A DNA stretch of 64,000 bases, taken from positions 1 to 64,000 of the forward strand of contig JBEKDT010000009.1 of NCBI GenBank assembly GCA_050014195.1, written 5' to 3'. The position numbers and the translations under genes are program-made. A model generated the notes under the pieces. It saw only the letters and a list, made by a program, of their open reading frames with translations. It searched no databases and was not told where the DNA came from. Of the stretch, positions 9,272 through 18,571 are shown one piece after another (positions within the stretch are counted from its first letter, which is position 1; each line of letters starts with the position of its first letter). This stretch comes from Desulfomonilia bacterium. Lineage in GTDB: Bacteria; Desulfobacterota; Desulfomonilia; UBA1062.

Positions 9272-9885
9272 TCGCTGGGTGCGCCGAGAGGTGCTCGCCC
9301 AGTGGCGATGAGGGCTGGGGGTAGCTCCCCTTCTACTCAATGACACTCAGCTTAGCTGCTGGAACTGGGCGACTGGGACACAGTGTCTGTGCGCCAATAG
9401 GCACAGATGCCTGGTGGTTATCAAGTGGTGAAAATCCACTGTGGGGGATTGGAGAGATCCTTTAACCCATACCTGGCGGGGGAGATCAAGGTCGAGTACG
9501 ACCTGTATATGGGTTGCCCATATGTGGAGCAGTAATGCTCCGGATCGAAGAGCTCAACCCGTAAAGGCCCATCATCATGGTTGATGGATAAAGCACCCTA
9601 ACCGTCTGCAGGCGGGTGCGACCAGGTAAGCAGATTGAGAGCGGCAAGGCCGAATCGCGATGAAATCGTATTGGGACCGAAAACGGACTCTGTCCGCAAG
9701 TAAGGGGGAGCCTCCAGGTCCTACCCCTACTACCTATACGATGGAGCTACCGCACTCTTTCTGCGAGATAACCACCTAACCAGGCAAGGACCGGACGGCT
9801 GCCTTATGGCAGAGCGAGGTCTGAGAGCGAGACTGACCAGACTCCCGGAAGGGACACCGGAACTGCAAGGCAGTGGTACCGGTGC
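9272..9885 (+). ncRNA. Circularly permuted group II ribozyme (DV-DVI / 47-nt exon / DI-DIII), ORF-less
   Basis: 34-nt DV at 9272-9305 (CGC triad, GAGA loop). DVI with bulged A9335 and end AAT at 9341. GTGCG 5' splice motif downstream at 9389, followed by ~500 nt of GNRA-capped stems and a DIII-like ACACCGGAACTGCAAGGCAGTGGTACCGGTG. Confidence 0.78.
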
Positions 9886-10053
9886 GTAGTCACAGGGTGG
9901 CTCCTGTGATTATTGCGGTCGAAAGGTCTCACCTAGCGTTTTTTTCTTTTCGGGGTGGCTCCCCGATCCCTGCCCTGACGGGTGCGGGGATCGGGGGCTC
10001 ATCCGGCCGGGAGGCCGGTGGCTCCTAATCTCGGAAGAGAGGAGGTACTACCA

Positions 10054-10698
10054 ATGGCACAGTATAGATACATTTGCAGATCATGGCAGGGATTTGTTCA
10101 ACAGGTTGTTACATACCTGAGCAATGCATATTGGCACTATTGTATTGTGCGTATCCCTGACGAGAAGATCAAAAGGGTTACGGCCATAGATGCCAAGCTG
10201 CTATCCTTGTACAATTGTTATATGAGCAAGGATCAGAGGTATAGGCGAAAACAGAAAGGCTTTGCTAACTACCACTATATTCGGTGGAATAACCTTGCTC
10301 TGATCGTGCACACCGAGGGTTCTATTCCTGACACCATAAAAGGTACTGACCGCTTTAAAGACGCAAGGGTGGAGCACCTCATAATACCCGTCAGCAACAA
10401 CCTCTCACTAAAAGCCGTGCACTCGCAGCAAGGGTGGACTGTCTGTATGGATCGAAATACATACCGTGACATCAAATATGAGCTTTACGAGTTGATAAGA
10501 TCATCATCGAGCCAATATGAAGTCATCAGGAGATATAGAAAGCTGAACGGTATCCCTGCATGGCGTGGTGTGATCGAGCAACGCAAGCATCTGCAAAGAT
10601 ATGTGATCGCACAACTCCAAAAGCAGAAGAATATACGAATGAGAAATCTCGATCTCCTCAATAATACCAAGCGCAGGCAATATCCCGTATTCATTTGA
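10054..10698 (+). CDS. Hypothetical, highly basic protein downstream of the permuted ribozyme
   Basis: GGAGG RBS at 10041 and ATG 10054; motifs SWQGFVQQVVTYL, SKDQRYRRKQKGFANYHYIRW; no RT motif. Confidence 0.75.
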   Translation: MAQYRYICRSWQGFVQQVVTYLSNAYWHYCIVRIPDEKIKRVTAIDAKLLSLYNCYMSKDQRYRRKQKGFANYHYIRWNNLALIVHTEGSIPDTIKGTDRFKDARVEHLIIPVSNNLSLKAVHSQQGWTVCMDRNTYRDIKYELYELIRSSSSQYEVIRRYRKLNGIPAWRGVIEQRKHLQRYVIAQLQKQKNIRMRNLDLLNNTKRRQYPVFI

Positions 10699-11155
10699 AC
10701 ACAGGGTATCAGCCATTCAAGCAGAAGCGACACCTCTTTTTTGGGCGGGTAAAGAGGGTCGCCATCCTGCGAACTAACAAACTGTATCAATTCATTGGAT
10801 TAGTACATTTGCATCTACACCATGGTGAATTCCCGGTTTTTCATCATGGTGATCATGGGAATCGGGAGCAAACGGCATTGAATGCCAAGTTATCAATAAC
10901 ATGAAGGATAAACCAAACAATGTCAGAATATCTTGTAAGTATATGGCAAAAACTTATGAGGTAAAGGCCCCCGGAGAGGGTCTAGGTCTTCCCTTGGGCT
11001 GCACTAAAAATATCCCCATATCAGATTATGAAGAATACAGCGTTACCTCGAAACAAGCCTGCAAGCTAATACGAGCACTTAGCAGGAAAAAATAGCTGAT
11101 GTTGACCAGATCCATCATGCAGAACTATAATACTCCTTTTGAAGGAGGAGTATGT

Positions 11156-12301
11156 ATGAAGGGATCGATAATAACCCGGCAAAGATGTTTTATTTGTAAC
11201 AGCCAGTTAATCCATGATGAAAAACGGCATGGATGTTTCTGTAAAGAACATCCGCATGTGGCAGCAACTCAATTCGTAGTTAGGTTTCCTGGAGATATTT
11301 ATCAGAATCACAAGTCATACGAATCAGCTACTCAGACGCTCAATTATCTGAGACATGAGAAGGGGACACGAGGGCAGAAGTTTAATCCTGATGATTACAA
11401 GTCGATTAGACCAAACTCAGTTATGGGTCTCAAGATTAAATACCTCGCTCGAAAAAAGGGCTTGGCATCATATGGGAAGATTGAACACTCTTTAAATCTG
11501 GCTTCAATTCATTTCGGTCCTACAAACGTCCGAGAAATCACTGGAGCTGACATCGAGGATTATCTTTACGGTATACTGCATATCTCAGAGAAGACAAGAA
11601 AGAACCATTGCGATTATATTTGTAATTTCTGGAAATGGTGTTTATCCAGGGGAGTCATTACTCTGGCAGAAATGCCCGTATTCCCCAAGATTGATTACAA
11701 ACTCGGATATCGTAAGATCACTGATTGGGGAACACAGGGTACTGTTCTTGAGAAGGTCAGGGAGATCAGTAAGCAGAATCCAAAGGTATATCTCGCCATT
11801 GATATGCTTGCTACCTATACAAAACTCAGACCCGAAGACATCAGAAGGATAACAGAGGGAAGCCTTGATGAGAATGGTTGGTTAACCATAAACAATCCCA
11901 CAAAGCTCAAGAACAAGTTTAAATACATTCACCTTCACCCTGACCACGTTGAAGCGTGGCGATTATTGCAAAGGCAATCTCCGGCCCTTCCTGATGTTCA
12001 TTTCTTCAGGGATACCAAGACAGGAAAAGTATTCGGCAAGAACCATTTGTATAAGTGGTGGAATAGAGCATGTGCTCTTATAGGGCTCAAGGGTGTTCCT
12101 CTTTACCCCGGCACAAAGCATACAACTGCAACCGAAACAGCGAAGCTCCTGGGAACAGACAAGGCTAGGGGAGCATCAGGATTAACAAACAAGGCATTTG
12201 ATAGGTACTGCCAAGTGGAGAATGATGATTGCTATGAGGTTGTGACGGCTATTAGGAAGCAGAAAGCGGATGTGATACCCCTCAAAAGGAAAAATGAATA
12301 G
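11156..12301 (+). CDS. Tyrosine recombinase/integrase, atypical, with N-terminal Cys/His cluster
   Basis: TKLRPEDI (catalytic R), LYPGTKHTTAT, FDRYCQ (catalytic Y); adjacent to tRNA att; GGAGGAG RBS. Confidence 0.82.
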   Translation: MKGSIITRQRCFICNSQLIHDEKRHGCFCKEHPHVAATQFVVRFPGDIYQNHKSYESATQTLNYLRHEKGTRGQKFNPDDYKSIRPNSVMGLKIKYLARKKGLASYGKIEHSLNLASIHFGPTNVREITGADIEDYLYGILHISEKTRKNHCDYICNFWKWCLSRGVITLAEMPVFPKIDYKLGYRKITDWGTQGTVLEKVREISKQNPKVYLAIDMLATYTKLRPEDIRRITEGSLDENGWLTINNPTKLKNKFKYIHLHPDHVEAWRLLQRQSPALPDVHFFRDTKTGKVFGKNHLYKWWNRACALIGLKGVPLYPGTKHTTATETAKLLGTDKARGASGLTNKAFDRYCQVENDDCYEVVTAIRKQKADVIPLKRKNE

Positions 12302-12380
12302 TCAATGTTCTCTACACATGTTTTACACATACTTTTTGTGTAGTAAAATCAAATTTAAATTAATAATAACAATAAGTTAA

Positions 12381-12455
12381 TGGTGGAGGTGGAGGGATTT
12401 GAACCCTCGACCCTCGCATTGCGAACGCGATGCTCTCCCGCTGAGCTACACCCCC
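12381..12455 (-). tRNA. tRNA-Ala (CGC)
   Basis: GGGGGTGTAGCTCAGCGGGAGAGCATCGCGTTCGCAATGCGAGGGTCGAGGGTTCAAATCCCTCCACCTCCACCA cloverleaf with G3:U70. Confidence 0.96.
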
Positions 12456-12476
12456 ACGTGGATCTATCTACGTGTA

Positions 12477-15140
12477 CTAGATGGGCGGCTGTTCGTCAAC
12501 CCTGTGATTCTTCATGTTCCCGGGTTCCTCGAGCCGCTTTTTTGCAAAGGCAATGGCCTGTTTGAAGTCTTTGATCTCGCCGTTGAGCCCTTTGTCGCGG
12601 ATGAGCCTTAAGGTATCGCCCAAGAGCTTGCCCTTCTTAAACCCGACGGCCATGAGGTCCTTGCCCGTGACCGGCGGCTTGTAGGAGCGCAACGAGATAA
12701 TGTAGGAGGAGACCATCTCCCTCACTACAGTGCTCTTGGTCTTTGACATGGCAAAGAGCATTTCCTCCAAAAGAGCCTTATCTAATACCTTGACCACGGA
12801 AGACGGCGACTTCGTCCGGATCATGACGAGCTCCCGGAGGATGGCGTTTACCCTGGCCCTGGCGGTCAGGATATTCCGCACATTCTCGTCGGTAAGCCCG
12901 AGCCTCTGGCAAATGGCAATGATTTTCTTGGGCTTCATATGCTCCACCAGTGCCAGCAGATAAATGAACCACGAGCGATATTCCTCATGGGTATACAGAA
13001 GGTCGAACCATGAGATAGTCTGCTTCGCGCGGCAGAAGTCTTCCCTGACGGAGGCGTTGAACACGAGATCCGGGTGGATGGCTGTCAGTACATCCAGATC
13101 CCGCAGCCGCTCGAGACTGAGCAGGGGGTCCTCTTCCGAGAGGATCTGCCGGATCTCGTGCGAGATACGCCTGCCCGGGATATTGCTCAACAGCCCTGAC
13201 CTTACTGCCGCGTGCACGAGAGAAAGTGTTTGTTTGCCCAGTGCAAACCCATAGCGTTTCTCAAAACGCACTGCCCTTAAGATCCGTGAGGGGTCCTCCA
13301 CAAAGCTCAATGCATGCAGTACACGGATGTGCTTTTCCTTCATGTCCCTCTGGGCGCCGAAGAAGTCGATGAGCTCGCCGAAGCGCTGTGGAACCAAGCA
13401 TACGGCCATAGTATTGATGGTGAAGTCCCTCCGGTAGAGATCGAGCTTGAGGGTGGATTGTTCCACAATGGGGTACCCGCCCGGGTGTTTGTAATATTCC
13501 AGCCTGGCTGTGGCAACGTCGATATGGGTACCGTCGGCAAGGGTGATCACAGCGGTCTTATACTTCTCATGAACCGCGCAGCGCGCCCCAAGGGACTGGG
13601 AAAAGGTTTTCGCAAAGGCAATGCCGTCACCCTCCACCACCAGATCGATGTCCAGGTTGTCTATCCTCAGTAGCATGTCGCGCACGATCCCGCCCACCAG
13701 GTAGATGTTTGAGCCCAGCGAGGACGCGAGTGCGCCTGCCTGACGCAGCATCATATTCACCTGTCTCGGAAAACGCTCTTCCAGAAGTGATCCTACGTTC
13801 TTCTTCTGCATCGAACGGTAATCCACACCCTCCTCCGCGCTGGTCATTTTTTCGTGCATGACCCTCATGAGGTCGGTCCGGGTGATGACTCCAATTGCCG
13901 TGCGATCTTCAACTACGGGCAATAGACGCTGATTGCCGTCAATGATGAGCGTCCGGATCTCCGAGACCGGTGCATCAGGGCGGATAAATTTGATGTCGCG
14001 GATCATATAGTCCTTGATCTTTGCCTCTCCGAGTTCATGGCCTTGGGCCCTGCTCACTACCTGTCGTGTGACCACCCCTACTACCCGCGCATCCCTGGAT
14101 TGAACAATGACTGCATTGATATTGTATCTGTTGAGTGTATCGCTCGTTTCATCGATGGTGGCATCCATGTTCATTGCAATGACAGGGAAGGTCATGATGT
14201 CGCGCGCCGTGATCCGTGGCTTAGTCTCCTTCTTGATGAGGTTGACCAGCATGCTCTCCACGTGATCCAGGGATCGTTCTTTTATGGATGCGGCGGCAGC
14301 CGTAGGATGGCCCCCGCCGCCGAAATGCGCGGCCACTTCAGCGGCATTGATCTGCGGCACGGTGCTGCGCGCCACCAGATAGATCCGCTCTGTCATGAGC
14401 CCGAGCGCGAACATGGAATCCACCTCGAACATGCCCCGGAGCTTGTGTACGAGCATGGCAAAGTCCTCCACATAGCGATTGGACTCGGAGCGTGTGAACA
14501 GCACGTCAATGCCGCCCACGTGGAAGATGTAGGCATTCTTGATGAGCTGGTCCAGGACATCCACCTGCTCGGGGCTGAGCTCACGTGCCAATGTATGCGA
14601 TACTGACCTCAGGTCGGCCCCCCAACGGATAAGGTCCGCCAGCGCTGTAGCGTCTTCAGGCCTGGTGGAGGGGAACAGCAGTGAGCCGGTGTCCTCGAAG
14701 ATCCCCATTGCCAGGATCGTGGCCTCTTCCGGGGTCGGCATTATCCCTTTCTCCTTGAGGATCTCCACCATAAGCGCACTGTTGGAGCCATATTCCTTGC
14801 AGATCTCGGTTACACCTGCAATATCATCGCTGGAGCAGGGGTGATGATCATAGACGATCACCTCGACACCTTCTTTCCCTATAAGCCGGGCAAAGTCGCC
14901 GATGCGCGAAAGCTGTCTTGTGTCAACGATGATGAGCTTCGTTACCTTACTCACCGAGACGGCCTTCAATTTCTGAATCAAGGCAGTCACCTCAGGAGAG
15001 GCCTGCACAAGGTAGTCCCTCAGGTTCTTCTCCTGGGCGCCGGGAAACACGAGGATGGCATCCTTGTGGAGTTTTTTGGCGGCGAGCATTGAGGCAAATG
15101 CATCGAAATCCGCCTGGATGTGGGAGGTGATGACCTCCAT
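12477..15140 (-). CDS. DHH-CBS-tRNA nucleotidyltransferase (CCA/A-adding enzyme)
   Basis: YDHH, GGGGH, tandem CBS, VGGIVRD..DIDL, DLYRRDFTIN, EDPSRILRAVRF. Confidence 0.92.
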   Translation of the reverse strand: MEVITSHIQADFDAFASMLAAKKLHKDAILVFPGAQEKNLRDYLVQASPEVTALIQKLKAVSVSKVTKLIIVDTRQLSRIGDFARLIGKEGVEVIVYDHHPCSSDDIAGVTEICKEYGSNSALMVEILKEKGIMPTPEEATILAMGIFEDTGSLLFPSTRPEDATALADLIRWGADLRSVSHTLARELSPEQVDVLDQLIKNAYIFHVGGIDVLFTRSESNRYVEDFAMLVHKLRGMFEVDSMFALGLMTERIYLVARSTVPQINAAEVAAHFGGGGHPTAAAASIKERSLDHVESMLVNLIKKETKPRITARDIMTFPVIAMNMDATIDETSDTLNRYNINAVIVQSRDARVVGVVTRQVVSRAQGHELGEAKIKDYMIRDIKFIRPDAPVSEIRTLIIDGNQRLLPVVEDRTAIGVITRTDLMRVMHEKMTSAEEGVDYRSMQKKNVGSLLEERFPRQVNMMLRQAGALASSLGSNIYLVGGIVRDMLLRIDNLDIDLVVEGDGIAFAKTFSQSLGARCAVHEKYKTAVITLADGTHIDVATARLEYYKHPGGYPIVEQSTLKLDLYRRDFTINTMAVCLVPQRFGELIDFFGAQRDMKEKHIRVLHALSFVEDPSRILRAVRFEKRYGFALGKQTLSLVHAAVRSGLLSNIPGRRISHEIRQILSEEDPLLSLERLRDLDVLTAIHPDLVFNASVREDFCRAKQTISWFDLLYTHEEYRSWFIYLLALVEHMKPKKIIAICQRLGLTDENVRNILTARARVNAILRELVMIRTKSPSSVVKVLDKALLEEMLFAMSKTKSTVVREMVSSYIISLRSYKPPVTGKDLMAVGFKKGKLLGDTLRLIRDKGLNGEIKDFKQAIAFAKKRLEEPGNMKNHRVDEQPPI

Positions 15141-15143
15141 CGT

Positions 15144-16028
15144 CTACCCCCTTGGGTGGTACCGTTTATGAACCTCTTTGAGCCTGGTTGAGGATATATG
15201 GGTATAAATCTGCGTTGTGGAGATGTCCGCATGGCCGAGCATCATCTGGACAGAGCGCAGGTCAGCCCCGCCGATAAGCAGGTGGGTAGCGAACGAATGC
15301 CTGAGCATATGAGGTGATATCCGTTTCAATATACCCGCTGCGGATGCATATCTTTTGACGGCATACCAGAAGTTCTGCCTGGTCATGGCACCGCCCCTCC
15401 TTGAACAGAAGAGGATATCCGTAGGCTTCTTTACCAGATGAGGCCGTGCGTTCCCGAGATATTCACTAATACAGCGCTGCGCGCTCTCACCCATAGGCAC
15501 AAGGCGCTCTTTATCTCCCTTGCCCCTGCAGACAAGGTAGCCTACATGGAGATTGAGGTTGTGCAGTTTAAGGGTTATGAGCTCGCTCACCCGCAAACCT
15601 GTGGCATAGAGCACCTCAAGCATGGCCTTGTCCCGAATACCGATGGGTGTGGCCACATCCGGGCTTGCAATAAGTTTCTCCACCTCGTCGCGGCTCAATA
15701 CCCCGGGAAGGTATATACCACGTTTCGGGGATGAAAGGTCGCGTGTGGGGTCTGTTTCCATGATCTCCTCTTCGATGAGGAACCGGTAGAACTGTCTGAT
15801 AGAGGAGAGTCTACGGCTGATGCTGGTTGTCTTCAGACCTTTTTCCCTACAAAGGGTAGTATAATCTTCAAGGGTTGCCTGATGTACATCCAGCTCAGAG
15901 ATGCCCTTTTCATCAAGATAAGTCTTAAGATCTTCAAGATCTGATGCATAGGAGGAAACCGTATTTTCCGGAGAAGAACGCTCGGCGATAAGGTATTCCA
16001 GGAAAGAGTCGATCAGCGCATGGCTCAT
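15144..16028 (-). CDS. xerD: Site-specific tyrosine recombinase XerD
   Basis: LYATGLRVSEL, GKGDKERLVP, SPHMLRHSFATHLL, LGHADISTTQIYTH, YHPRG. Confidence 0.95.
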   Translation of the reverse strand: MSHALIDSFLEYLIAERSSPENTVSSYASDLEDLKTYLDEKGISELDVHQATLEDYTTLCREKGLKTTSISRRLSSIRQFYRFLIEEEIMETDPTRDLSSPKRGIYLPGVLSRDEVEKLIASPDVATPIGIRDKAMLEVLYATGLRVSELITLKLHNLNLHVGYLVCRGKGDKERLVPMGESAQRCISEYLGNARPHLVKKPTDILFCSRRGGAMTRQNFWYAVKRYASAAGILKRISPHMLRHSFATHLLIGGADLRSVQMMLGHADISTTQIYTHISSTRLKEVHKRYHPRG

Positions 16029-16717
16029 CTCTTGGTAATCTTGGACTCCAGTCCCAAGGCGGTGATGTCTTCGAGTTCCGGATATGCGCTCTTGCTGCTG
16101 GGGAATGCCCCTGCCAGCAACCGGAAGACTGAGCCGGATTCCTTCATGACATAGGGCACAATACCTTCACCATGCAGCTTATCCGCCACCTTGAGCGCCT
16201 CTGACTTGTCGCTGTAGACCCCGATCTCGATCGTCAAAGGTACTGACGAGCCGATGAAGGCCTCCGTATCGATGATCCCTGTGGCTTGAAGATCCTTCAT
16301 CCGTGCACTGGCCTCATTTATCGTGGAAAAGGCACCGATGTCGATACGATACCAGACGCCATTGGCCTCCAGGTCGATCTTGGTGATGAACACCCCGTTG
16401 AGCTTCTGGAACTTCTGCCTGTATTGGGTCAAGGCATCCTTTTTATTCTGCCACGAGGATATGTGGATGGTGTATGGATAAAAAGTCGACTTTTTGTATT
16501 GAGGAACCGAGAGTGAAGATGCCTTGTCAGGAGAGACCTGCACAGGGTTTTTATCCGGTGCCGCCTGAGGAGTGGATGTCTCGTCAGGAACAGCCGCAGG
16601 CTGTTTTTCCTGCTGATTCCGATCGACCTGCTTAATCACTACATTGCTCAGCCCGTAGTCTGCCCAGAGCGGGAGGGCCGCCAAACAGAACACCACGAAC
16701 AGCATGAGGCGTCTCAA
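16025..16717 (-). CDS. SPOR-domain exported protein
   Basis: Signal peptide and two SPOR-like repeats (VWYRIDIGAF, VFRLLAGAF). Confidence 0.8.
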   Translation of the reverse strand: MRRLMLFVVFCLAALPLWADYGLSNVVIKQVDRNQQEKQPAAVPDETSTPQAAPDKNPVQVSPDKASSLSVPQYKKSTFYPYTIHISSWQNKKDALTQYRQKFQKLNGVFITKIDLEANGVWYRIDIGAFSTINEASARMKDLQATGIIDTEAFIGSSVPLTIEIGVYSDKSEALKVADKLHGEGIVPYVMKESGSVFRLLAGAFPSSKSAYPELEDITALGLESKITKR

Positions 16718-18480
16718 TGTTTCCTCCTGTTATATGCGTAGGTGGTGTTCATTATATACTTGTTGATCCCCTTTGCAATACCATCAATGAGGGTGGCCTG
16801 GTATGCATCGCTCTGGAGCAGGGAAGAATCGGCATTGTTGGTAATGAAGCCAAGCTCGCACAGGATAGAGGGCATCTGTGCCCCAAGCAGGACGTAGAAC
16901 GGCGCCTGTTTCACGCCGAAGTCCTTGCCCGTATAATCAGTTGCGAGTACCGATGATATGATGCTCTTTTGAACACAATTCGCAAAACGACACGATTCGT
17001 TGATCTTGGAATTGAGCATGAGGTCGTTGATAATGAGCTGCAGGTCGCTGATGGACTTTGACGTGGTCGCATTCTCCCGGGCCGCCACCTCAATGGCCGA
17101 GGAATCGGTGGTGAGGTTCAGGAAATAGGTTTCGATGCCCTGGGCCCCGCTGTCGCCGGAGGCATTGATATGGATCGATACGAAAAGGTCGGCCCTTTTC
17201 TTATTGGCAAACGCCGTGCGCTCTTCAAGGGTGAGAAACACATCGCTGTCCCTTGTCAGGTAGACATCGAACCCTTCGAGTCTGAGCCTTCGTGCAAGGG
17301 CCTTGGCTATAACCAGCGTCAAATCCTTTTCCTGCATGCCGCCCGGCCCTTTGGCGCCAGGGTCCTTTCCCCCGTGTCCCGCATCCACGACAATCCTGGA
17401 GACTTTGAGAGAAAGCTGGGCGGCAATAGAGGGCACATCATCACTCATCTGCGATTTCGACCACTTGGGGACCTTCTTGAATCCGTTTTCAGGCCTGGCC
17501 GTGCCCTTCTTGACTTCATCCTCGACCGATGTCTTCACGGGCTCCTGTACCGGGTGGATTGAGGCCATTTTTGCTGCCGATCCATCTTTGCTTATGTCCA
17601 CTACCAGCCTTGATGGGTCATCAAGAGGGAAGGCATGATAAGAGAACTTGTGCGCAAGATCCAGAACGACCCGTACCTTTGTCTTCTGGAACTGGGAAAC
17701 CCGTATCGTAGTGAGAATACCGTCATTCACTGTTGTTTTGAACGGGATATCCGGGGATACCTTTGCATTATCCAGCTCAATCACTACACGGTGGGGTTTG
17801 CTCACTTTGGCATCGGCAGGCAATGCAAAGGTGTTAAACGAGACGTTCTTATCGAAATTAATGACAACACGGGTGTAATCCCTGTCCGACCACTGACGGA
17901 CAGTCTTGAGCTCACCAAGCCCTGATTTTGATTCATCGGTGACGCTCTTCTTCTCAATATTTAAGGAATTGATCTGTTCTCTCGCAAGCTGCACCATATT
18001 GCCGTCAGGGTACTCTTTGATAATCTTTTGATAGAGGGAATAGGCCTTCTGTTTGGTGCTTAACTTAAAATTATAGATCTGGGCTGCCTTGTAGAGGGAA
18101 TCATCTGCAAGGGGGCTTCCAGGATACTCATCCGCTACTGCCAGGTAGGTATCCACAGCCCGGTCAAGGTCTTTGGGGTTTGACGAAAAGGCATGGAGAT
18201 CTTCATAGAGCTTAGCCGCCTTATATTTTGCCTTTGGAGCGAAGCTCGAATGGGGATAGTTTTTCGCCACGTTCTGATACTTGTGGATGACCGCCATCCA
18301 GCTCACCCGGTCTTTTTTCTTGTCCGTATCCCGATGAAGCTCGATGGCAGCCGCGTTCGCACTCTGAAATGCCTCTGCCACACTGGTCGCGGCATGAAGC
18401 GAGCCTGAACAGGCGAAAAAGATCGCGGCAAGAATAAGGAAGCGCGGGGCAAACCCTCGTATTTGTTTGATGTAATCCAT
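16714..18480 (-). CDS. N-acetylmuramoyl-L-alanine amidase (TPR + AMIN + Amidase_3)
   Basis: IVVDAGHGGKDPGA, LFVSIHINA, ARENA, MPSILCELGF. Confidence 0.92.
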   Translation of the reverse strand: MDYIKQIRGFAPRFLILAAIFFACSGSLHAATSVAEAFQSANAAAIELHRDTDKKKDRVSWMAVIHKYQNVAKNYPHSSFAPKAKYKAAKLYEDLHAFSSNPKDLDRAVDTYLAVADEYPGSPLADDSLYKAAQIYNFKLSTKQKAYSLYQKIIKEYPDGNMVQLAREQINSLNIEKKSVTDESKSGLGELKTVRQWSDRDYTRVVINFDKNVSFNTFALPADAKVSKPHRVVIELDNAKVSPDIPFKTTVNDGILTTIRVSQFQKTKVRVVLDLAHKFSYHAFPLDDPSRLVVDISKDGSAAKMASIHPVQEPVKTSVEDEVKKGTARPENGFKKVPKWSKSQMSDDVPSIAAQLSLKVSRIVVDAGHGGKDPGAKGPGGMQEKDLTLVIAKALARRLRLEGFDVYLTRDSDVFLTLEERTAFANKKRADLFVSIHINASGDSGAQGIETYFLNLTTDSSAIEVAARENATTSKSISDLQLIINDLMLNSKINESCRFANCVQKSIISSVLATDYTGKDFGVKQAPFYVLLGAQMPSILCELGFITNNADSSLLQSDAYQATLIDGIAKGINKYIMNTTYAYNRRKH

Positions 18481-18571
18481 TACGTCCTTGAGCAAGTAAT
18501 CCCTTACTTTATTGGTTGTTTGCCTATAAAACACCTAATAAAGCCAGTATCGGATAAACCATAGGGAAATC

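Larger units (their letters stand above)
2851..12412. mobile_element. Integrative genomic island at tRNA-Ala
   Basis: Flanking 32-bp direct repeats, tyrosine integrase next to the tRNA, AT-richer cargo than the downstream core genes. Confidence 0.9.

Noticed and set aside
15144-16028. XerD as the missing integron integrase
   Set aside because: Typical 294-aa housekeeping XerD in a core operon, without the IntI-specific insertion.
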